A stretch of DNA of 64,000 nucleotides from Nitrososphaera sp. (GCA_039938515.1 JBDUUL010000001.1:107760-171759); one strand, 5' to 3'. Positions 36,954 through 46,775 are shown, numbered from the stretch's first letter. Program-made: numbers and translations. The notes: a model not told the origin generated them from the letters alone.

Positions 36954-37958
36954 CTAGACCTCGTGGGTTAACACAATCGCCTTTGCCTGCATCGCTTGGC
37001 TGATTTTCTGGAAATAATATGCCGAGAGAACCTTTAGGAACCGATACTCCCTAGGTACTGCTATTGCGTCAATGTTCCTCTTGTAGCCTTCTGCAACCTG
37101 CATCACAATGTCGGAAGCATTGGAGTCGAGTATTCTTTCTTCTGCTTGGTCCGTGTCTAACTTGCGCAACTCTGCGAATGGCAAAAAGCTGCTGGCCGCC
37201 ATTATGAACACGTTAGGCATCCTGTCTGAAAGGTCTTCGGCGATATCGTCCAGGTCGTCATAAATGTCCTGAAGCGCCTGGTTGTAATGAAGGATGGTTG
37301 TAACGTTATTGTCATAATTGGGCAACTTGCCCTCAAGGACTGCGGCGTAAATGTGACGAGCGTCAGAGGATTTGAACAGGTTGTGATGAGCTATTTCCGC
37401 CTTCGAGAAAACCGTCCCACGCAGCATTCTTTTGCGGATGATCTGCTCGAACTGCCAAAAAGGAGTGAATTGTCGAATAGCACAAGGGAGAGAGTAACCG
37501 AGGTAGTTGCCCGCTTCCTTTTTGGCATTTGCCAGCATCTGCCGCGAGTACACGGCATAGTCGGAATTGCCTGTTTCGTAGTATCTGTCGGCGAACAGTA
37601 TGTACCTGACTAGATACTTGACGATACGGTAAACTGAAACGGAATCTTCCATGCTCAGGCCGGAAGAAAAAGCTGCGAAGTAATAGGTCGAGAGGTCGCC
37701 TGCCTTCAGATCCAGTGACCTAAGACGGTTTGACGGCGGCGGGTCAATCAGTGCCAAAAGAGCCGTAATGGCCTCAAGCTCGTCCCCAAGCTTTCTGTCA
37801 TCAGCCAGCAGCAGGTTTGACTTTGAGAGCAACGCGTCCCGGAGTGTCCGATCGGTGGGCTGCTTGATACCCGAATTAAGGAACGATTGCATGAATTTGA
37901 CATCGGGTATTATGGGTGGTACTACTTTAACCTTTATCTCGGCATACAAGATATGCAT
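36954..37958 (-). CDS. hypothetical all-alpha protein with an Asp-rich DIYDDLDDIAEDL motif
   Basis: 334-aa uninterrupted ORF. No secure family assignment (see findings). Confidence 0.65.
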   Translation of the reverse strand: MHILYAEIKVKVVPPIIPDVKFMQSFLNSGIKQPTDRTLRDALLSKSNLLLADDRKLGDELEAITALLALIDPPPSNRLRSLDLKAGDLSTYYFAAFSSGLSMEDSVSVYRIVKYLVRYILFADRYYETGNSDYAVYSRQMLANAKKEAGNYLGYSLPCAIRQFTPFWQFEQIIRKRMLRGTVFSKAEIAHHNLFKSSDARHIYAAVLEGKLPNYDNNVTTILHYNQALQDIYDDLDDIAEDLSDRMPNVFIMAASSFLPFAELRKLDTDQAEERILDSNASDIVMQVAEGYKRNIDAIAVPREYRFLKVLSAYYFQKISQAMQAKAIVLTHEV

Positions 37959-38145
37959 TAGCTCAGTGCAGCACTATGAGAAAACTGACTTGGAAATTGG
38001 TAACGATTTTCGTGAAATCAAGAGAAATTTCACTGCTTAAATATCAATCTCACGAAATTGGAAAAAACATCATGCTGCCGTCATTATGCGTGGAACAATA
38101 AAAGAAGAAAAGGAACGTTCTGGCTAGTTGGTTCCGCGCTTCCTT

Positions 38146-39027
38146 CTAGGCAATCTTTTGGTAAAGGTACTCGAGGGTCGATACCATTACTTCGTTGTTG
38201 GTGTATATTCCCGAGATTTCCCTGCCCGAAGAGTTGCTCCTGTCGATGATAAAGACAAGCTTGTTGCCGTCGACTATCATAAAGCTTGCAGGAGACGGAT
38301 TTCTGATCGTCTCGACGTCTAGGCTCGATACGCCTGATTCGACGTCCTCATCGTCGGAGGGAGCGGTTCCAGACGTCTTCAGTTTCACCGTGCAGCCGGC
38401 CTTTGCGCTGGACGCAATCTTTTCAATCAAACCCTCATGGTAGAACTTGGCGAGCATGCGGTCGGTGAGGAAGACGTTGAGCGATTTGAGCGGCTGATCA
38501 AGTGTCTTTGAGACCTTTGTGAATACAATGTTCTCGCCGCTTAAGACCTGGTAACTGTCCTCACTTCCGCTTGTGACGTTCTTGGCAATCTGTTCAAGTT
38601 TGCTCTGACAGTCGTGTTTCTTCTCGGACACTTCCTTGAGTGCATTTGCTTTCGCCTGGACCAGATAATCTACGGTCTCCTCATAAGAAAGCGAGTAGTA
38701 CTTTTGGGGCTTGCTAAAGGTCGAAAAAACGATACCTTTTGAGAGCAGGAGCGAAATGTAATGGTAAGTGTCTGTTCTCTGGATTTTGGTGTGCTTGGAA
38801 ATCTCACTTGCTGTGCTGCTCCCTGACGACATAAGGAAGAGCAAGATCTTGGACTCGTTGGAGCTGAGGTCGAGTTTTTTCAGTTCAGCGGCAAGCTCGC
38901 CCTCAAGGCGTAGCCGCATACTCTCGATGGATGTGAGTTCAGCGCCGTCCGTGTAGTTCGCTACTGTTACCTGATTCTGTGTCATGTTTCCGATTTTGGG
39001 CATCATTCTTCGCCTGTAAGGCTCCAT
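38146..39027 (-). CDS. TrmB-like transcriptional regulator
   Basis: 293 aa. SSNESKILLFLMSSGSSTASEISKHTKIQRTDTYHYISLLLSKGIV is a TrmB-type wHTH. A coiled linker and a C-terminal domain follow. Confidence 0.75.
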   Translation of the reverse strand: MEPYRRRMMPKIGNMTQNQVTVANYTDGAELTSIESMRLRLEGELAAELKKLDLSSNESKILLFLMSSGSSTASEISKHTKIQRTDTYHYISLLLSKGIVFSTFSKPQKYYSLSYEETVDYLVQAKANALKEVSEKKHDCQSKLEQIAKNVTSGSEDSYQVLSGENIVFTKVSKTLDQPLKSLNVFLTDRMLAKFYHEGLIEKIASSAKAGCTVKLKTSGTAPSDDEDVESGVSSLDVETIRNPSPASFMIVDGNKLVFIIDRSNSSGREISGIYTNNEVMVSTLEYLYQKIA

Positions 39028-39608
39028 AGTTTTCTGTCTAGTTCAACAGTTTTTTGTAAGGTTTCCAGACATACAACTTAGCAAAATCGGCAAGAGTCGT
39101 CTCTCATGACACCCCTAGCGCTTGAGAGCCTTCGAGCCGGTTGTCACAGGATATCGCAGGACCCGATGCATGAAAGTAGCGCTAAACCTTGCCAGGTGAG
39201 TAATTCTCAATTGAGCCGCGCGTTATACGAGCGTTGTCAAAACATGCCCTTGCAAGTTCTCGCCGCTCGGCGTTATCTTGCCCGTATCAAAAGTGGATAG
39301 ATTAGTAAAATCAAAGTCCTATACTACGTCAGTCATTGACGTGACGCGGTCTCCCAGGGCAGTCACGAGTTGCTGGCAACGCTAGCATTCGGAGGCCCCT
39401 CTCCGATGTTTCACGCTTTGGCGTTTTCCGTATCCGCGACGAATGCGGGGGCTCCTAGAATCATTGGCAAATAGTTTCTGCGAGAGCACGCGGGTTCCCC
39501 TCAAACTATCCTGCAGCATTTAGCACGAATTCCTGATGTTCAACAGCTGTTGCGAAAGCAAGTCGGGATGTCCTTCAATGCGATATATACGCATTCACGG
39601 CATGAAGA

Positions 39609-40031
39609 CTATTTGCTGTCGTTGATAAGTTGAAAAATCTCTTTCGTCAGGTCCGCGTATTCATAGTCACTGGCTACCTTGCCTTCAACTGCCAGCGCCA
39701 GTGTAACTTCGGGACTCAGTGGAACGACCATCACGCTTAGCATACGGTGCTGGACGAACAGAACCTCGACCTCGCCAAAGATGTCTGAATTCCTTTTTGA
39801 AATGTTGACGATCAATTCGGCCTGAAGTATGAGTTCGGTCAGCTTGCTTTTCTCCGGCATCGGCATTCCGGGGCGAGCTGCAGCTGCAAGAAGGCTGCCT
39901 TTTCGGACAATTATGGCCCCTGCTATCTTCTTGTGTGCCATGGATACGGCTTTTGCAAGATCATAGTAGTTTATCCCAATGTCTCTCTTGCTTTCGCCCT
40001 CCATATTTGCTCTTGGGGGTTGACTTTCCAT
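39609..40031 (-). CDS. Roadblock/LC7 (MglB-like) domain protein
   Basis: 140 aa. KIAGAIIVRKGSLLAAAA ... VLFVQHRMLSVMVVPLSPEVTLALAV fits the alpha-beta-alpha Roadblock pattern. No adjacent small GTPase gene. Confidence 0.5.
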   Translation of the reverse strand: MESQPPRANMEGESKRDIGINYYDLAKAVSMAHKKIAGAIIVRKGSLLAAAARPGMPMPEKSKLTELILQAELIVNISKRNSDIFGEVEVLFVQHRMLSVMVVPLSPEVTLALAVEGKVASDYEYADLTKEIFQLINDSK

Positions 40032-40142
40032 GAACTGCTATTTCAGCCAAAAAATCTGACAAGGGCTGCGATATGAAGCGCTGTATGAAGCTGGGCATAC
40101 CTACATCACCTTATATTACAAAACCGGACACTCGATTCGACC

Positions 40143-40415
40143 GTGAAATCCTCAGTCTCAATGGCAAATGTAAACGATCCCAGTGTACTTTGCCATACAC
40201 TGCACTCAACGATCAAAGTTTTGAATCCCATAGGGGAAGAACTCATCATGACCATGATGGAGCGGTTATGCGGCGTTAGATGCGCGCAGGATTCAAGCTC
40301 GACTTTTGAGGAGATCAAATCCGCACTTGCTGTAGTGCTCGGCGCGGAGGCCGCCGACGTTGTAATAAGGGAGTGGACGGCGCGAATTGAGGAACTTGCG
40401 CCCGTGATATCGTAA
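40143..40415 (+). CDS. small all-alpha protein, copy C of the local family
   Basis: 90 aa. GTG start 25 nt downstream of ttatatta (40111-40118). VLCHTLHSTIKVLNPIGEELIMTMM ... LAVVLGAEAADVVIREW parallels copies A and B. Confidence 0.45.
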   Translation: MKSSVSMANVNDPSVLCHTLHSTIKVLNPIGEELIMTMMERLCGVRCAQDSSSTFEEIKSALAVVLGAEAADVVIREWTARIEELAPVIS

Positions 40416-41247
40416 GCAGATCCAAAAGTGAATACGCAAAAACAGCATTCTAGAATTATGAAGTAGGATCAGCGCATTTAATGCGAACTCGTCCGACTAA
40501 CCTCTGGAGCGCCCCCGTTAGGGGAACCTTTTATGCGGGTCAGTTTAGTCGCTGGCTTGACTCTGTAGGGCTTGCGGATGCAAATAATCCTGCACCGGCA
40601 CGGACACTGTTTTACGACCATACCGGCAAGAGAACGCGGGCCCAGAGGGATACGGGAAAATTTTGGGATATAATCGCGGTCCTAAATTGCAAAGCATAGA
40701 AAAAACGGATCATTAAAAGGCCGCAGATCTTTCTGGCTTTGCAGAAGCCTCGTCATTAGCTACATGAGAGCTGTCAACCAATTAAATTTTATCAAAAAAT
40801 AAGGAATTGACGACGCCGGACAATCTTCTCCGCCATTTGAAGAAGATGAATATACAATTCCCTAATGCCAGCACGCAAATACCGGACATTCGTGTCTTCG
40901 GTACAGCATTCTTTCCCGGAGGAGCAGGACTATGGGCAATCAACAAGAACGGAAATCCTTGGAAGATGGTCATTTCTACTGGCAAAGTCATGATTCTTGG
41001 GAATAACTTTGGTTCGGAAAGCTTTGTTAAGTAATGCAATTTAGCGGGCGATTTGTTTAACAAAAAGGCTTTTTTTAACAAAATGGAAAATCGAAAGATT
41101 CTACCAAAATCGTCGGATTAAAGTGCGGCGGGAGAAAATTCGCTGCTGCTTGTTGGCGTACATTGGTCCATAATTTAGAGAACTTCAAGAAACGACCAAA
41201 TCGCTAAAAGCCGACTTGTTAGCGAACAATGTACTAAAACTAATTAC

Positions 41248-41255
41248 TTATATAT
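41248..41255 (+). promoter_or_regulatory. TATA-like box for the BNR-metzincin giant gene
   Basis: ttatatat lies 23 nt upstream of TTG 41278. Confidence 0.4.
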
Positions 41256-41277
41256 TTCCTGCCTTTTTTGGTGCACG

Positions 41278-44200
41278 TTGACAAAAGGGTCCCCAATCAA
41301 TACGACTGGTAACAGAATTAGCCGAAGCAAGATATCGGCTGTTATATTTATCGTATTGATGCTTTCTTCTGCGATAATCCTATTAAATGGCTCTCGCAAT
41401 CCTAATGCGCTAGCAACAAATGCTGCAGACCATGCGTTAATAGTCCCAGAACCATTGGCGCCAACAAGTACTAGTATCAGCAAGAACCTTACGTTCCCTT
41501 CCACTATCTTGTTTGGTTCGCCACGGCTTAACGTAACATCGACAAACACGTTCTATCCTGATGGGCAGGCGTCAATCGGAGACGCAAATGGCAACCTACT
41601 TACTCTGGTGCCAAAAATTCTCACTGGCAACAATGTTTCAAATGGAAATTGGCAACTTCTCGCTAATTCGACAGTGATAGATCAGCGTTTTGTTTCACCG
41701 ACAATATCTCTTGATATGATATGGAAGACCCGGACCGATTCTGGTTATGCTAATGGTTACAAGCTCACTATCCAAGGCCGTGCCATAAACCCGTCAGAAA
41801 TTGATTTTAGTGTGGTTGATAATAGCACTCTGTCGCTCCTTAAAAGCAACAATCATGCGGTCCAGCTTTCCTCCGATGCTAGCCGCATCATAATCGGACA
41901 ACGCGCGGGCGACAACTCTACAAACACGGTGGGTGGAGTAGGCTTTGACTGGTCTGATGCAATTTCATACAAACCTATCTTTCAGTCAAATACTTTGAGG
42001 TTCAATGTGGCTTCTGACTTCAGCATCGATCCGTATACCGTCGTCACGACAACAGACAAGGCGTATGATGAATTTGGTCAACAACATCGGATTATTGTAG
42101 CAAACGATGGGGGCTGGTGGCTCTTTTATGGTGAAAGTACCTCACTAAAGTACGCAGTAAGCATTAATCATGGAAAGAATTGGACAACCTTTGCACCAGC
42201 TCTTGATACGCAAATCAATCAAAACAACTTGGACGTTGACTATATCAAAACAGGCACTTACGCTAACCGATTGCAGATAGTATTTGGAAGTAACGGCAAT
42301 GGCCACATCATACACTATTACGGAATACCTGTTGGAAATACAATAACCTGGAGCTCAAGACACGATCTGGGTGAATGTGGGGCCGTAAATACAAACACCT
42401 ACTACCCATCGGTTTTGGTTACAGGAAATAGTAGCGTCAGTGTAGTTTATGGATATATTTACAACTCTAATGCATTCTGTGAAGTTACCTCAAATGACGG
42501 TGGAAGCACTTTCGGCTCAACTGTAACTCTTAGCGCCAGACCCGGAGGGGCAGACAAATTCATGAATTTACACGCTCTAAATTCATCAAATGCAGATGAA
42601 ATGATTGTCGAGACCAACGCCAACGAATATGGCAGTCTCTTTTCTCTAAAACGCATAAGCGGCGTCTGGGATTCCTCTCGGACTACCATTACAACAGACA
42701 AGCTCTCAAGTCCAATAGACAACTTTGATTCAGACTATGATTCTTCGCACAGGGTCCATTTGGCTTACATCAAGAATGACAACACCCTCCAATACCGTAA
42801 GTACTCTGGCGGTGCATGGTCAAATGCGACTCAGCTTGATTCTGCTCAGGTCAGCGGTCCGATCTCCACTATGGTGGATCCCAGCCAAAACGTCTTCGTA
42901 TTTTACAACAAATCAAATGCAGTAAACTATGTTGAATCATCGAACGGCGGCAATACCTGGACCTCACCTCAGGCATTCACTACACACGGGGCCTCACCCT
43001 ATGGCATTGAAACGCCGCATAGGGCCTTTAACTCTGGGCTTTCATCGTTTATCCCTGTAATTTACGTCAATGGCACCTCCAGCCCGTACAAGATTTGGTC
43101 ATCAACTTTTGTTATCCCTACAACTGCTTCGTCAGACTCTCGTCTCGATTCAAGCGGTGAACAGCGCACGAGCTACTTTGATGGCACATACAACTGGATT
43201 TTCTACTATAATGGAACCAACATCTACTACAAGTATACTTCAGATGGAGGCATTACCTGGGGTACGCCGGTATCTAGCGGAACAGGCGCGTTAGCATCAA
43301 ATTCTTACTTTACGGTATATGGCGAAGGTAGCAAAATAATGATTGCGTATTCAAGCTCAACAAACGTCCTTACGAGGAACGGTACAATTAGCGGTACCTC
43401 TATTTCATGGTCCACTGCCAGAAGTGCGTTAGCAGTAACCGGAACAAACGCAGGTCAGCAGTTCTACCCTTCCATTGAAAAAGTGAACTCCACTTACTAT
43501 CTTGGTTTCAACGTAATGACGAGCAGTAATAATTCTGCCTTAGTTAGATCGTCTACCTCACTCGGAGGAGCCTGGTCACCCAGCGTAACCTTGTATAGCG
43601 GGCTAACAAACCCGGCAACAATTGGCCTATCAAAATATGGTACATCTCCTGGGACCAAGCTGTTTGTGCTGTATGCTCGATACAACGAATCTGATTTTGC
43701 ATACAGGACATTGACAAGCGCTTGGTCATCCACTTTGCACACCAGCGGCGCAGGCTTGTTTGTCAATCAATCAAAGACGAGTATATTTAGTGTAACAAGC
43801 AACGGCACATGCGTAATCGGTGGATATATCGGGAAAAATGCCGGTGGCAGTCTAGCATCGTTTACATTTTGCGGCAGTTCATTCACTTATCCAGCTACTC
43901 ACGTTCCGGGAAAAGTTCTGTATCCAACAATATCGGCGATTGGAAAGTATGCCTACCTGAGCTTTGTAACTAATAATACGATTTATCAAACCACATTTGT
44001 TCTGAACAATTGGAGCAGTTACAATCAACCATTCGGGAATTTTCTAACTAGTTCAACTTATTTACATGAACCAGAATATGGTAGCATTACTCATTGGGTT
44101 TACTCTGAACCGATTGTTTGGAGGGAAACCACCACTAGTCCATCGTCAATCTACCTCATTGCAAGTAACGTGGGATTCAAACCTTCGGGGATCCCGATAC

Positions 44201-45630
44201 TCAGCTGTTCTAGCCGCGGAGGAAATACTTCTGGGGACTCGATATGTGATTACTGGAAGAGCGGAAGCGGCTTAAACATCAACTACAATGGAAGCACTTA
44301 CTCCTATCCCTGTGATACTGTTTGTCCAGTATACAATCATAAGGACATTTACGTTGAGGCTGATTATACAACCGGTTTCAAGCCTTACTTCAATACAACG
44401 TCTGGCAAGTACACCGGGATGGAAGATGTCAGGACCGCTTTTGCCAATTCTCCAGTGACTAACCCTGATGGCCTGACAGGCGTAAATCTGCACTATAATG
44501 TTGGTGAAGACAGCGGTGCCCACTACTATCTTAACCTTAGCCCTACAACCTTCTACGACATCAAGACAAACTTCTTCGGGACATCGGCGGAGAGGCAATA
44601 CAGCCAGAACGCGATAATGGAGAGTAGCTACCTGACCGCCAAGTGGCAAATATTTCATTATGCTGTATTTGGCGAGAGACAAAGTGGAATGAATATCAAT
44701 GCCACCGGTATAGCAGATATTAATGGAAACGATATTCTGATAACTTTGGCCGCATTTACTAACCCGCCTGCTTCCGTGTCAGATGAAGAAGGTACGTTCA
44801 TGCATGAGTTGGGCCACAATCTGGGGTTGAATCATGGTGGTCCTACTGATGGCACAAACTGCAAGCCGAACTATCTCAGCGTCATGAATTATTTCTTCTC
44901 GACTATAAGGATCGTTTCCGACAGGCCGTTGGATTATTCGCGCTCGATACTAACGTCTCTGAATGAATCAAACCTGAGTGAACCCGCGGGTGTAAGCACA
45001 TCTACGCCGCCGGGGCTCCAAACTGCTTTTGGAAATAATATAACAAACGCCTCAATTGACTTAGGAAGTACGGGTGGTGTTCCAGTTGATTGGAATAGGC
45101 ACGGCGGACCGGTGGACACACACGTAGTTGAAAACATCAATAATGCGGGCGGCGATTCCTTCTGCAATAACACTCTGTTTACCGTACTCACAGGAGCGAA
45201 CGATTGGTCCAACTTGAAATATGACTTCAGGGACAGCGTATCTGGATACTTTAGCAACGGTGAAGCAGATCCTGGAACACTACCACATGAACTGGACGCA
45301 TCCGCATTAAAGCGGGTAGAGGCCGGAATGGTACTTTCAATTGATAACGCAGTCCAATCATCTGGAGACTCAAACTTCACCAATATGATGTCAGCCAAAG
45401 CATCCAAGCTATATTTCCACAGCTCGTTTGCGACGGCCAAATCACTTATGGAAAAGGGGGACGTATACGGTGCGCTACAGATACTATTGGAGGTGAGGAC
45501 AAAGATTGTCGGCGATTCAGGTGGGGACAACCATGGCGTTCTGTTGGTTAACAACCAGACACAACATAGGATATTATTCCTATTGGACAATAGGATCGCA
45601 GCATTAAAGAGCGAATTGAACCTCGCATGA
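41278..45630 (+). CDS. giant secreted/anchored protein: BNR/Asp-box propeller region(s) plus C-terminal metzincin protease domain
   Basis: 1450 aa. N-terminal signal anchor (ISAVIFIVLMLSSAIILL). Asp-box-like motifs: SINHGKNWT, SNDGGSTFG, SSNGGNTWT, TSDGGITWG. HELGHNLGLNHGG is followed by a Met-turn candidate (LSVMNY). TTG start 23 nt after ttatatat (41248-41255). Confidence 0.85.
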   Translation: MTKGSPINTTGNRISRSKISAVIFIVLMLSSAIILLNGSRNPNALATNAADHALIVPEPLAPTSTSISKNLTFPSTILFGSPRLNVTSTNTFYPDGQASIGDANGNLLTLVPKILTGNNVSNGNWQLLANSTVIDQRFVSPTISLDMIWKTRTDSGYANGYKLTIQGRAINPSEIDFSVVDNSTLSLLKSNNHAVQLSSDASRIIIGQRAGDNSTNTVGGVGFDWSDAISYKPIFQSNTLRFNVASDFSIDPYTVVTTTDKAYDEFGQQHRIIVANDGGWWLFYGESTSLKYAVSINHGKNWTTFAPALDTQINQNNLDVDYIKTGTYANRLQIVFGSNGNGHIIHYYGIPVGNTITWSSRHDLGECGAVNTNTYYPSVLVTGNSSVSVVYGYIYNSNAFCEVTSNDGGSTFGSTVTLSARPGGADKFMNLHALNSSNADEMIVETNANEYGSLFSLKRISGVWDSSRTTITTDKLSSPIDNFDSDYDSSHRVHLAYIKNDNTLQYRKYSGGAWSNATQLDSAQVSGPISTMVDPSQNVFVFYNKSNAVNYVESSNGGNTWTSPQAFTTHGASPYGIETPHRAFNSGLSSFIPVIYVNGTSSPYKIWSSTFVIPTTASSDSRLDSSGEQRTSYFDGTYNWIFYYNGTNIYYKYTSDGGITWGTPVSSGTGALASNSYFTVYGEGSKIMIAYSSSTNVLTRNGTISGTSISWSTARSALAVTGTNAGQQFYPSIEKVNSTYYLGFNVMTSSNNSALVRSSTSLGGAWSPSVTLYSGLTNPATIGLSKYGTSPGTKLFVLYARYNESDFAYRTLTSAWSSTLHTSGAGLFVNQSKTSIFSVTSNGTCVIGGYIGKNAGGSLASFTFCGSSFTYPATHVPGKVLYPTISAIGKYAYLSFVTNNTIYQTTFVLNNWSSYNQPFGNFLTSSTYLHEPEYGSITHWVYSEPIVWRETTTSPSSIYLIASNVGFKPSGIPILSCSSRGGNTSGDSICDYWKSGSGLNINYNGSTYSYPCDTVCPVYNHKDIYVEADYTTGFKPYFNTTSGKYTGMEDVRTAFANSPVTNPDGLTGVNLHYNVGEDSGAHYYLNLSPTTFYDIKTNFFGTSAERQYSQNAIMESSYLTAKWQIFHYAVFGERQSGMNINATGIADINGNDILITLAAFTNPPASVSDEEGTFMHELGHNLGLNHGGPTDGTNCKPNYLSVMNYFFSTIRIVSDRPLDYSRSILTSLNESNLSEPAGVSTSTPPGLQTAFGNNITNASIDLGSTGGVPVDWNRHGGPVDTHVVENINNAGGDSFCNNTLFTVLTGANDWSNLKYDFRDSVSGYFSNGEADPGTLPHELDASALKRVEAGMVLSIDNAVQSSGDSNFTNMMSAKASKLYFHSSFATAKSLMEKGDVYGALQILLEVRTKIVGDSGGDNHGVLLVNNQTQHRILFLLDNRIAALKSELNLA
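44803..44835 (+). other. metzincin zinc-binding motif HELGHNLGLNH
   Basis: In-frame codons cat gag ttg ggc cac aat ctg ggg ttg aat cat, matching HExxHxxGxxH. Confidence 0.8.
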
Positions 45631-46775
45631 GCATCTCAAAGAAGCGGTTATGTGCAATATTTATGATGGGCTCCGCCGCCCTTTTTCTTCAGCTGGGTAT
45701 TCTTCAACATGTCAGTGCGGAGGCGGTAACCTCTAATCCGTTCCGTGTTGGAGTACATCCATTCGATGTAGCCATTAATAACAACACTCACAAGGTCTTT
45801 GTTTCGGATTTGCAAGGGTATTCCGTATTTGTCTTTGATGATTCGGCCCAAAGAGTCATTGGTAATATCTCTTTACTTGATGTCAGTCCCGAATTGAAGT
45901 TTGATTACGAACCAACGTATTTGGCTGTGGACCCTACCACAAATAGGCTCTATGTAACTTATGAATGCGATTGCCATCCGAGTTATATCTCAGTAATAGA
46001 TGGGGCAACTTACAAAGTCGTTGACAAGATCACAATTCCTAATCTGCCAACGGGCATCGCGCTTAACCACTTGACGAACAAGATCTATATCACTTATGGC
46101 AACAACGAGACTACTGTCTTAGATGGTGCCACGCAAAAGATCATCTCAAACATTACAACTCAAGTTCCGATTTCCAAAGTAGCAGTGGATATGAAGACTA
46201 ACCGAATCTATCTCGGAACAAGCTCATCCGGCGAGGTGCTGATTGCTGATGGCAATTCCGACAGCGTGATCGGAACAATCCCGCTGCATGTTGGAGCAAG
46301 AATAGCCGATTTGGCAGTCAATGAAAAATCCAATCTGGTCTATGCTCTAAGCACCTCCACGAGTGCTGGATCTGGCGACCTGCCTGTTCCCTCAGCAACT
46401 TTGAGTATTGTAGACGGTCAAAGCAACACAGTCATTGGCAAGAGCATTCCGATAGGCTCATCGGGCGGAATTGCGATTGACGAAGCGCATAATCGGACAT
46501 TTATTAGCCAAAATTACGGAAATTCTATCTTTACAGTGAATCAATCAGACAACATGACAACTTTCTCAAACCTAATGGTTGGTGAGAAGTATTATCCAAA
46601 TCGGTTGGCTTTTAGTGGCGATTCAGGCCACCTTTATGCAGTAACTACAGGCACATACGTTATGCTATCAATTGGGTCACAAGAGCTTCCGACCCCAGAG
46701 TTCTCATCATCAACCTCTTTCATTGTAGCTGGAGTTGCAGTTACCCTGATTGTCCTTTTGCGAAAGCGACTTTAA
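45627..46775 (+). CDS. YVTN-type beta-propeller repeat protein with signal peptide and PEF-CTERM-like anchor
   Basis: 382 aa with recurring ~40-aa units (NKVFVSD, NRLYVTY, NKIYITY, NRIYLGT, NLVYALS). Its ATG overlaps the upstream stop (ATGA). The C-terminus is PTPEFSSSTSFIVAGVAVTLIVLLRKRL. Confidence 0.8.
   Translation: MSISKKRLCAIFMMGSAALFLQLGILQHVSAEAVTSNPFRVGVHPFDVAINNNTHKVFVSDLQGYSVFVFDDSAQRVIGNISLLDVSPELKFDYEPTYLAVDPTTNRLYVTYECDCHPSYISVIDGATYKVVDKITIPNLPTGIALNHLTNKIYITYGNNETTVLDGATQKIISNITTQVPISKVAVDMKTNRIYLGTSSSGEVLIADGNSDSVIGTIPLHVGARIADLAVNEKSNLVYALSTSTSAGSGDLPVPSATLSIVDGQSNTVIGKSIPIGSSGGIAIDEAHNRTFISQNYGNSIFTVNQSDNMTTFSNLMVGEKYYPNRLAFSGDSGHLYAVTTGTYVMLSIGSQELPTPEFSSSTSFIVAGVAVTLIVLLRKRL
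46689..46772 (+). other. PEF-CTERM-like sorting signal (P-E-F, TM helix, basic tail)
   Basis: The last 28 codons encode PTPEFSSSTSFIVAGVAVTLIVLLRKRL. This tripartite shape is characteristic of archaeosortase/exosortase-type C-terminal signals. Confidence 0.55.

Noticed and set aside
40782-41081. 99-aa minus-strand ORF versus the 75-aa plus-strand ORF 40807..41034
   Set aside because: Neither is convincing, so I do not list either as a feature. The plus frame has a faint UDG-motif-A-like end (mentioned in one finding). The region 40416..41277 may be decayed sequence.
44934-45590. 218-aa minus-strand ORF near the end of the BNR-metzincin gene (and 44272..44682, 43497..43766, 42459..42722)
   Set aside because: They are antisense to a 1450-aa uninterrupted ORF that has a signal anchor and a zinc-protease motif.
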